Shown piece after piece: positions 9,544 through 16,675 of a stretch of DNA of 64,000 nucleotides. Position 1 is the stretch's first letter, and each line of letters begins with the position of its first letter. The stretch is taken from assembly GCA_963725075.1 (NCBI GenBank), contig CAVRXA010000004.1:3578-67577 (forward strand), in the 5' to 3' direction. The translations under genes were made by a program, and so were the position numbers. The notes beneath the pieces were generated by a model. It was not told where the DNA came from, searched no databases, and was given only the letters and a program-made list of their open reading frames with translations. The stretch is from an uncultured Acidobacteriota bacterium. GTDB taxonomy: Bacteria > Actinomycetota > Acidimicrobiia > Spongiisociales > ZC4RG35.

Positions 9544-10363
9544 GCTGAGTGCTGCCGCCGCTGCCGCGCTCGGCATCCCCGAAGCCATCGTGCAGCGCTC
9601 AGCCGCGGCCCGGGCTGAAGAAACCGGCATGACCGTGGACGAGGTGTTGGCCGCCTGGGCCGGTGGAGGAGACATCCCGCCACCGGCGGCACCTGCTCCC
9701 GTCGAGCCAGATGCGGCAGAGGAGCCGACCGCGCCTGCCGATGAGCCGGCGCCGGCGCCTGCGTCTTCGGCACCGACCCCTGTCATCGAGGTTCCTTCCG
9801 CCCCCGTCGTCGGAGCGACGGCTGCTCCTGGCAAGCCACCGGTCCTGGTCGGAGAGGCCGACAACCCGATCGCCGTCTTGGTCGGTGCCGTGGGTCTGTT
9901 CGTCGCCCTGTTTCTGGTTGGTGTCGTCGGCCCCGCGTTGCCTACCGAGAACCCCGGGGCGCGGACCAGTGACCTGCCCTACACCGAGACGGCCCTGCAC
10001 GGGCAGGAGATCTACCAGTCGGTCGGTTGTGCGTCCTGTCATACCCAGATGGTGCGTCCCGTGGTGGCGGATGTCGGTCTCGGGGCTGTGTCTCTGAACG
10101 ACACCAATCAGGTGTTGGGGACACGCCGTTTCGGCCCCGACCTGTCCAATGTCGGGGCGCGAGTCTCCGCCAGCCAGATCGAGGCGATCATCCTCGGGCT
10201 CGACGACCATCCCTCCCTTTCCCTTTCATCAGAAGATCTCGATGCCCTGGTGGCGTATCTGGTCGAGTCGGCCACGCTCGAGGAAGCCCCACCTGGTGAG
10301 CCGACCGAAGAGGAGCCCGCCCCAGAAGGTGACGTGCCCACCGAGGAGACCGCCGCGTCATGA
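9536..10363 (+). CDS. ccoO: cbb3-type subunit II (CcoO)-like monoheme cytochrome c
   Basis: GCASCHTQMVRP and GTRRFGPDL resemble the CcoO motifs GCxxCHSQxIRP and GSKRTGPDL; one TM helix. Confidence 0.8.
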   Translation: MSELSAAAAAALGIPEAIVQRSAAARAEETGMTVDEVLAAWAGGGDIPPPAAPAPVEPDAAEEPTAPADEPAPAPASSAPTPVIEVPSAPVVGATAAPGKPPVLVGEADNPIAVLVGAVGLFVALFLVGVVGPALPTENPGARTSDLPYTETALHGQEIYQSVGCASCHTQMVRPVVADVGLGAVSLNDTNQVLGTRRFGPDLSNVGARVSASQIEAIILGLDDHPSLSLSSEDLDALVAYLVESATLEEAPPGEPTEEEPAPEGDVPTEETAAS

Positions 10364-11409
10364 GCGATCTGAGCGCCGCCGCAGCCGCCCTCGGCATCCC
10401 GGAAGCCATCGTCCAGCGCTCGGCTGCCGCCCGTGCCGCCGAGACAGGGATGACGGTCGACGAGGTGCTGGCAGCCTGGGCCGGGGGCGGGTCCGTGGCC
10501 GGGTCGCCGGCAGCACCCTCGGAGGAGGCGCCGGCCGCTTCGGCCGAGGCACCGGCAGCAACCGAGGAAGAAGCTCCCCCCTCCCCGCCTGCGGCGGTAC
10601 TCCCCCCTTCGGGGGGAGAAATGGCCGAGCCTGTGGCCGCGGTGCCCTCCGGCCCGGTGACCCGATCTCCTGTCCCAGCCGAGGTGACCGCCGCCGAGGC
10701 TGCCGGGCTGCCCGAGGTGATCACCGTCCCCACGGCGGGCATCAGGGAGCGGACCAATCTCGCCATCCCACGCTGGTTGGCCGCGGTGATGCTGATCATC
10801 CCCGCCTTCGCCCTCTTCGCTCTGGGCGGTTCCGCCACCGGTGAGTGCGGTGAGAACACCGAGCTAGCCACCAACGTCATAACCGGCCAGGTGGTCAACT
10901 GTGACGGGACCGAGTTCACCGGCTCGGGTGCCGGTGGCGGGGGCGGCGACTTCATCGCCATGGGAGAGGACGTCTATCTCAACGTGGCCAGCTGCGACGG
11001 ATGTCATGGCGCCCAGGGCCAAGGCGGGGTCGGTCCGGGCTTCTCGGGGGTAGTCACCACTTTCGGTTCCTGCACCGATCACATCGAGTGGGTCACGCTC
11101 GGTTCGGTCGGATTCCAGGGCGAAGGCCGGTCGACATACGGCGACACCGACAAACCGATCGCTGGAGGTATGCCGGCATTCGGCACGACTCTCACCGAGG
11201 AGCAACTGGCCTCGGCGGTCGCCTTCGAGCGGGTCCGCTTCGGTGGCGCCGATCCGACAGAGACTCTCACCGACTGCGGCCTCGCCCCGGCGGAGGGCGA
11301 GGAGGGAGAGGCTCCCGGCGAGACCACACCCGACGGCGAGCCGCCGGCGGAGGGGGAAACGACGACCACGGTGAGCGGCGCAGCGGCCGCGCTCGCACCG
11401 GCCTCATAG
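10360..11409 (+). CDS. Membrane-anchored monoheme cytochrome c (CcoP-position subunit)
   Basis: CDGCHGAQGQGGVGP, GGMPAFG axial Met, one TM helix; ATGA overlap with the upstream gene. Confidence 0.88.
   Translation: MSDLSAAAAALGIPEAIVQRSAAARAAETGMTVDEVLAAWAGGGSVAGSPAAPSEEAPAASAEAPAATEEEAPPSPPAAVLPPSGGEMAEPVAAVPSGPVTRSPVPAEVTAAEAAGLPEVITVPTAGIRERTNLAIPRWLAAVMLIIPAFALFALGGSATGECGENTELATNVITGQVVNCDGTEFTGSGAGGGGGDFIAMGEDVYLNVASCDGCHGAQGQGGVGPGFSGVVTTFGSCTDHIEWVTLGSVGFQGEGRSTYGDTDKPIAGGMPAFGTTLTEEQLASAVAFERVRFGGADPTETLTDCGLAPAEGEEGEAPGETTPDGEPPAEGETTTTVSGAAAALAPAS
10575..10621 (+). repeat. 47-bp palindromic (REP-like) element, copy 1, in-frame within the cytochrome c gene
   Basis: 43/47 identical to 23014-23060; two hairpins CCGCC-tgc-GGCGG and CTCCCCCC-ttc-GGGGGGAG. 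Confidence 0.8.
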
Positions 11410-11430
11410 CCATACCTTCGGATTTTTTTC

Positions 11431-11685
11431 CTAGTTCGTCAGTCTTCGCAGCGACCTTCGCAAGGGCCGGGTCTCGATGTTCCCCTCGGCGAGCACAATG
11501 TCGCCAGGCCCGAGTAGAACAGGTACCCGCAACCCATAATCCCTGGTCAGAGCATCGTCCGTGTCGATATCGACCTCGTGGATCGTGCCTCCGACCCTCC
11601 TCACCGCCTTCTCGACGACCGGCCGCGCCTCATCGCAAAGATGACAACCGGCCCTGATCAAGAATCTGAAGACTGAATTGTTCAA
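11431..11685 (-). CDS. Glutaredoxin-like protein (DUF836 type)
   Basis: GCHLCD CxxC motif, VDID, YGLRVPV. Confidence 0.85.
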   Translation of the reverse strand: MNNSVFRFLIRAGCHLCDEARPVVEKAVRRVGGTIHEVDIDTDDALTRDYGLRVPVLLGPGDIVLAEGNIETRPLRRSLRRLTN

Positions 11686-11716
11686 GTAACCACCGTGGGT
11701 GACCGATAATGGACAC

Positions 11717-11864
11717 GCACGGATGGAGGGTCAACCGTTCCCCTCATACCAAGGGCACGTTCGTCCAAGGTGTGAACGGATAGCCTCCCAGCCCGCCCCA
11801 CGGTACGGAACCCTCCTTCGTGCAGATGAGGCCCCCGCCACGCGTGGGGGCCTCATCACTTTTC
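11717..11864 (+). ncRNA. Putative structured ncRNA, 6S-like long hairpin with central bubble, plus terminator
   Basis: GATAAT -10 at 11705-11710. 11717-11738 pairs with 11800-11823; 14/13-nt C-rich bubble; apical stem 11753-11786; terminator hairpin follows. Confidence 0.6.
11825..11864 (+). terminator. Intrinsic terminator
   Basis: 12-bp stem GATGAGGCCCCC / GGGGGCCTCATC followed by ACTTTTC. Confidence 0.75.
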
Positions 11865-11898
11865 GGCGCACCGATCGTGGTCTGCCATCGTGTGAGCG

Positions 11899-11997
11899 TT
11901 GAGACCCGCCACCGCCGTCGTCTTCGTCATCTTGCTGCTTCTCATCGCTGCCGCCGGCATCATCCAGCTGACGTCGATCCTGTCCCAGCCAGGGTGA
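11899..11997 (+). CDS. Putative 32-aa single-TM small protein (not in the ORF track)
   Basis: TTG start; MRPATAVVFVILLLLIAAAGIIQLTSILSQPG*; overlaps the convergent gene end by 38 nt. Confidence 0.4.
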   Translation: MRPATAVVFVILLLLIAAAGIIQLTSILSQPG

Positions 11998-12793
11998 CCG
12001 CCACGCCCGCCGACAGGTTCAACTCCTCGTCGGCAGCGCCCTCCCGAATCGCTATGGCAATCAGCCCGGCCGAATCGACATGCACCAGCGCCTCCCCGGG
12101 CTCGACATCGGAATAGGTGGCAGCCCACGGGATCGTGTGGAGAGTGGCGCCGACCTTCATCGTCAACACGGATCCTGGCGAGACGCCGACCGCCGCCAGG
12201 TCGTCGGGACCGATGTTGGTCTGAACGTTCCCGAACCGATCCACCCACCACGCCTCGCCGGTGACCAGGCTTCCCTGCGTCTCCGGCAGCGGGAGCAGCA
12301 ATGGCTGCACGGCCTCGGGACCAACCTCGGGACCGAGATCCTGGATCGCCGCCTCCCCCGAGGCAAGAAGGGCAGCCGCCGGGGCGAACACATCTCGGCC
12401 GTGAAAGGTCTCGCCCGGCGAGGGAATCCTCGCCTCGGGATTGTCGATCGAGACCATCACCCGGGCCCCGCCCACCATCGCCACTGCCGGCGAAAGCACC
12501 CCGTTGTCCGGACCGACGAAGAAGCCCCAGTCTGTCTCCAGGGCCAGCGCCTTGCGCTCGGAGCCGACACCGGGGTCGACCACCACGAGGGCGACTCCTT
12601 CCGGGAGATACTGGATGGCACGGGTCAGACTGAGGGCGGCGGCCTTCACATCACCCCGCGGAGTGCCATGGCCGACATCGATGACGCGTGACTCCGGCGC
12701 CAGCTTTGCCAGCACCCCATGCACCACGCCTACGAACTCGTCGGAGTGACCAAAGTCGGACAGGAAGCTGATGGGGAGTGCGTTGTCGGTCAT
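11960..12793 (-). CDS. SAM hydrolase / SAM-dependent halogenase family (DUF62)
   Basis: LSDFG, VVDPGVG, GPDNG, TFHGRDVFAP, DRFGN. Confidence 0.92.
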   Translation of the reverse strand: MTDNALPISFLSDFGHSDEFVGVVHGVLAKLAPESRVIDVGHGTPRGDVKAAALSLTRAIQYLPEGVALVVVDPGVGSERKALALETDWGFFVGPDNGVLSPAVAMVGGARVMVSIDNPEARIPSPGETFHGRDVFAPAAALLASGEAAIQDLGPEVGPEAVQPLLLPLPETQGSLVTGEAWWVDRFGNVQTNIGPDDLAAVGVSPGSVLTMKVGATLHTIPWAATYSDVEPGEALVHVDSAGLIAIAIREGAADEELNLSAGVAVTLAGTGSTSAG

Positions 12794-12814
12794 GCGTGGT
12801 CCTATATTGCCGCG

Positions 12815-13696
12815 ATGTCCGAGACGAGCCACGACGGAGTCGCGCGGGAGGTGTCCCGTGCGAATGTGGCCATGCTCCTGGGCAGCGTCGACACGGGGAA
12901 GACGACCCTCGCTCTACAGGCGGCTCGTCTCGCCCTCGGCGCCGGCCGGACCGTTGCGATCGTCGACGCCGACGTGGGCAACTCGACCGTCGGGCCCCCG
13001 GCGTGTGTCGGGTTGAAGATCCTTCGCACTCCAGAGGACCTCGAAGACGTGGCGACACCGGACCGGCTCCACTTCGTGGGAACCATCTCCCCCGCGCGAC
13101 TCGTCCTGCAACAGGTCGTCGCCACGGCGGCGATGGTGGACGTGGCCCGCGGCATGGCCGACCTCGTGATCCTCGATACGACCGCAGTCGTTTCCGGGGT
13201 CGCCGGTGAGACTCTCAAGTACCACAAGGCGGAGCTGTGTCGACCGGACAAGGTCGTTGCCCTGCAACGTGGCGGTGAGATGGAGCCGGTGGTCGGAATG
13301 CTGCGCCGGTTCCTGGGCATGGAGGTGACCGTCACCCCCGCCGACCCCAATGTGATGCCCATCTCCCCTGACGAGCGGGCCCAGCGGAGGACCGAGTCGT
13401 TTGCCCGGGCGCTGGCTCCGCCACTCGATCGGTGGAAGGTCCGTCCCACGGTCTTCGCACCGACGCTTCCGATGGGTCTCAACCTGGGACGGCTCGACGA
13501 TGTGCTGGTCGGCGTACAGGACGAGGACGGTGGTTGTCTGGGCCTCGGGATCCTCGGCAACGAGGAAGACGGGCTCAGGGTGATGACCAACACCGGCGAA
13601 GGGATGAAGGGTCTCCGTCTCGGATCGATGCGTCTCGACCCGGTGACGCTCGAGGCCAGCGTTATCAGCCTGCGCGAGGTGATGTTCGGGATTTAG
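12815..13696 (+). CDS. Clp1/Grc3-like polynucleotide 5'-kinase family P-loop protein
   Basis: Walker A GSVDTGKTT, DADVGNSTVGPP, Walker B ILDTT, LKYHK. TATATT -10 lies 6 nt upstream of the ATG (leaderless). Confidence 0.8.
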   Translation: MSETSHDGVAREVSRANVAMLLGSVDTGKTTLALQAARLALGAGRTVAIVDADVGNSTVGPPACVGLKILRTPEDLEDVATPDRLHFVGTISPARLVLQQVVATAAMVDVARGMADLVILDTTAVVSGVAGETLKYHKAELCRPDKVVALQRGGEMEPVVGMLRRFLGMEVTVTPADPNVMPISPDERAQRRTESFARALAPPLDRWKVRPTVFAPTLPMGLNLGRLDDVLVGVQDEDGGCLGLGILGNEEDGLRVMTNTGEGMKGLRLGSMRLDPVTLEASVISLREVMFGI

Positions 13697-13697
13697 G

Positions 13698-13726
13698 CGT
13701 TCTACGTTTACGTTTTACGTTCTACG
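13698..13726. repeat. Short tandem repeat, ~4 units of CGTT(C/T)TA
   Basis: cgttcta-cgttta-cgtttta-cgttcta-cg immediately after the stop codon at 13696; AT-rich for this genome. Confidence 0.7.
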
Positions 13727-13783
13727 CCCCTCGACCCGCTCGGTGATTCAAGGCAAGTCCCGCAAGGGCCGATAACCCCAAGG

Positions 13784-14500
13784 ATGCCCGGGAAGAAGCA
13801 TTGGCTCTCGCTGCTGCTGGTCGCATTCATCTCGACCACGCTTGGCGTTGCCGCAACCGCTGATTCGGGAACGGAGAGTCAGTTCGTCTCCCTGATCAAC
13901 TCGACACGCGCCAACAACGGCCTGGGGGCGCTCGAAGTAGACGGCGGTCTCCGATCACATGCCCGGAACCACACCCAGGCGATGATCGACAAGGGCGACA
14001 TCTTTCACTCCAGTTCGGGCGAGCTCTCGGCCGCCGCCGGCAGTGGCTGGTCACGAGTCGGCGAGAACGTCGGAAGGGGGCAGGCGCCTTCGTCCCTGCA
14101 CACGGCGTTCATGAACTCGTCCGGTCACGCCGCCAACATCCTCGGCGATTACAACTACGTCGGCGTCGGGACCGGCACCTCCAGCGACGGATCCCTGTAC
14201 GTGACCGTGGTGTTCATGAAGAAGGGCGAAACCGCCCCACCGACGACCGAGGCGCCGCCGACCACCGAGGCTCCGGCAGCCCCAACGCCGCCATCCGACT
14301 CACCCGCCACCACGGCACCGCCCTCGGACGACGGGGGCGAGCCGGCAGCCCCGGCACCGACCACGACCACACCCTCGACCACAACCACCGTGGCGCCGTC
14401 GACGACGACAACGACAATGGTCGTGCCGCCGGACCGGGCGGTGGTGCCGGGTCAGTCGTGCATCGAGGCGAGCCGGTTCGCCCAACTCTGTCACGATTGA
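13784..14500 (+). CDS. Secreted CAP (SCP) domain protein with Pro/Thr-rich tail
   Basis: Signal peptide, INSTRA..GL..L, GENVG, FMNSSGHAANIL, VGVG; PTTEA/PTTTT linker. Confidence 0.88.
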   Translation: MPGKKHWLSLLLVAFISTTLGVAATADSGTESQFVSLINSTRANNGLGALEVDGGLRSHARNHTQAMIDKGDIFHSSSGELSAAAGSGWSRVGENVGRGQAPSSLHTAFMNSSGHAANILGDYNYVGVGTGTSSDGSLYVTVVFMKKGETAPPTTEAPPTTEAPAAPTPPSDSPATTAPPSDDGGEPAAPAPTTTTPSTTTTVAPSTTTTTMVVPPDRAVVPGQSCIEASRFAQLCHD

Positions 14501-14718
14501 AACAAACGCCCGAGTGACCTACCTGAGCCTCCTCCGCACTTCCCCGAACGGACGGTGCTCTGGTCTGCCTCTCGGGCGTTCGCAGCGCCGAATGTACGGG
14601 TTCTGCCTTCCGGAAGCAACGACCCCACAGTCGACGCCCTCTATCGTCAAGTAACGCTCCACATCACCAAATAGGGCGTGGACCCGACTCCGACCGGGTT
14701 TACCAACAGGAATCGCCG

Positions 14719-14740
14719 CTTTCCACAGGCTTTGTCCACA
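14719..14740 (+). promoter_or_regulatory. DnaA-box-like pair
   Basis: TTGTCCACA (14732-14740, actinobacterial consensus) and CTTTCCACA (14719-14727). Confidence 0.4.
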
Positions 14741-14759
14741 TGGGTTTGTTTACAAGTTT

Positions 14760-15179
14760 CTAACCGGAATTTTCGCGACCCGCGATGAGTGAGCGAAGCA
14801 ATGGTCGGAAGGCGACCTCGATGGCGTCATAGATCTCGCCAAGGGCAAGGTCCAGCTCGAGGTCGGTCACATGAGGCTCGGCGAGTCGCCCGCGCAGCAC
14901 CAGCCCACCCTCTAGATCGAGAGCGAAGTGAGCCCGCCACCCTTTCATGTTCCTGTGCAACGCCTGCCTGAACAGCTCACTGCCTCCCTCGGCCGCCGGC
15001 AGGACATAGGCCTCGTACTCGAGACTGCGCTGCCCGATCGTGAACCAGGTGGTGGTGGCATCGCGCACCTCTTGATGCATCCGTACCGCCCACCGGCCCT
15101 CGACCTCCTCGGCGTACTCGACGCTCGAATCAGCGTCGGCGAGCCATCCCTCGATCCGTTGCTCCAGCACCTCTCTCAT
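14760..15179 (-). CDS. YbjN / T3SS-chaperone-like domain protein
   Basis: RWAVRM, WFTIGQRSL.YEAY, LHRN....AHFALD; ATGA overlap with the asparaginase stop. Confidence 0.7.
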   Translation of the reverse strand: MREVLEQRIEGWLADADSSVEYAEEVEGRWAVRMHQEVRDATTTWFTIGQRSLEYEAYVLPAAEGGSELFRQALHRNMKGWRAHFALDLEGGLVLRGRLAEPHVTDLELDLALGEIYDAIEVAFRPLLRSLIAGRENSG

Positions 15180-16130
15180 GCCCATTGCAAATCAACCGTT
15201 GGCTCGAGCTCGCCCACGGGCCTGCCACCGCCGAGGACTGTGGGCCGGGCGAGCAGGGCGAGACGGTCGCCTGCGATTCGCGGCAGCTCTCCCAACCCGG
15301 CCAGGGTGGCGATGGCGGCGGCATCGGCGACCTCCTGGATCCCATCCCAGGACTTGACCGCAACACCCAATCGCCCGTCGAGCGCCACGCCGATGCAGCC
15401 TGCTGCCCCTCGTTTGGCAGCTGCGTTCAGTGCGCTCGCGATCGAGGCATCACCGTTGCCGGTGCCCGAGACCAGCGCCGGATAGCGATGCATTGTGTCG
15501 AAGACCTCCCTCAGCCGCGGCATCGAGGCGAGACGGGCGTAGAGAGTCGCCAAAGCCCGGGTCGTCGTGCGGTGCACCGGAGCCCCGCACCCGTCTACCC
15601 CCACCGGCGACACCGGGAAACCACTCAGATCGGCGATCAGATCGGTGATAGCCACCTGGAGGGGGTGATCCGGTGCCAGATAGCCGTCGATCGGCCAACC
15701 CTGTGCCCGGCACGCCGCGGAGCCATCCGGCGTGTTTGCCCGAACAGTCGTGCCATATCCGGCGTGGCTCGCCACTGCCTCCCATCTCCATCCGGAGCCG
15801 GGTCTCCGCTTCTGCCGACAGAGGCCAGCTCGGCGGGCATTGGAGATCGGGCTCGCCGAGCCCGATCCCGGCCAGCATCGACCCGACCAGGGCGACGTGC
15901 GCGGGATGCCCGTCGTGGGAAGCACAGGCGAGGGCGAGCTCGAGGGGGCCCAGGGCCGCGCCGTGCTCTTGGGATGCAAGAGCCTGAAACGGCTTGGCGG
16001 CCGACCGAAGGAAGAAGGGTTGGTCGATGTCGCCGGAATGAGCCACAAGGGCGCCGTTGGCGGCCACAACAGCCACCGCCCCATCGTGCATCGTCTCGAC
16101 CAGACCTGAACGTGTTCTGGCCGCGAGCAA
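15176..16130 (-). CDS. L-asparaginase II family protein, +1 frameshift at ~15715
   Basis: RSGLVE..H.G, RSAAKPFQ, ACASHDG, CSGKHAG, then (second frame) GVDGCGAPV, AKRGAAG, VKSWDG. Confidence 0.85.
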
Positions 16131-16134
16131 ACCT

Positions 16135-16665
16135 TCAGCCCGCTGGCTGTGCTTCGCCCTGCTGGCTCCGATAACGGGCGATGATCTCGTCCTGGAGGGC
16201 GTCGATCACCGCGTGCAGCTCGCGCCGCTGTGCCGACAGCTCGGCCTCCACCTCCTGCACACGGTCGATCGCCTCAGTGAGCTCATCGTCGGTCAGCTCG
16301 GGAAGCTGGGTGAGGATGCCGTCGTCCATGATCCTGTCGATGAGTCGCCTGCCTGTTGTGGCCGGGATGGGAGGCATCGGGTCGAGATGTCGCAGATTGG
16401 GCTCGCTGCCAAAGGTCATCCCCGAGGCAAGGATCTCGGGCAGTGCCTCGATCAGACTTCGCTCCTCCTGGCCGCTCCGCCGGCGAAGCTCGAAATTGAG
16501 CAGGTCCACCCTTCCGTGGAGTAGACGGCGGTAGTACGAGATCTGGGCCTCGACGTCCTCGGCGGTCTCCCGGCGTGTCCGCAGCTCATCGAGGTCGGCT
16601 TCGGAAATGTCGGACAGATAATCCGGCTCGAGGACGGTGTCGATCCTGCGGCGGTGCTCGCTCAC
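16135..16665 (-). CDS. rsiG: RsiG/AmfC-like anti-sigma factor (c-di-GMP-binding coiled coil)
   Basis: Two repeats EAQISYYRRLLHGRVD and EAELSAQRRELHAVID matching E-x3-S-x2-R-x3-(Q>H)-x3-D; GTG start with TAGCCT -10. Confidence 0.7.
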   Translation of the reverse strand: MSEHRRRIDTVLEPDYLSDISEADLDELRTRRETAEDVEAQISYYRRLLHGRVDLLNFELRRRSGQEERSLIEALPEILASGMTFGSEPNLRHLDPMPPIPATTGRRLIDRIMDDGILTQLPELTDDELTEAIDRVQEVEAELSAQRRELHAVIDALQDEIIARYRSQQGEAQPAG

Positions 16666-16675
16666 GGGAGGCAGG

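Noticed and set aside
11960-12793. Fluorinase/chlorinase natural-product cluster
   Set aside because: DUF62 proteins are mostly SAM hydrolases, and there are no halometabolite biosynthesis genes nearby.
14221-14420. CRISPR or DNA repeat array in the ACC/ACG-rich stretch
   Set aside because: It is the coding Pro/Thr linker of the CAP protein; there are no constant repeats with unique spacers anywhere in the window.
14699-14740. Replication origin
   Set aside because: Only one consensus DnaA box with weak neighbours, no AT-rich unwinding element, and no dnaA/dnaN context.
14501-14759. c-di-AMP riboswitch, RNase P, SRP or tmRNA in this gap
   Set aside because: A minus-strand GAACCCGT is present but the following CAGCTAAC and other hallmark motifs are not; no rnpB, ffs or ssrA signatures were seen.
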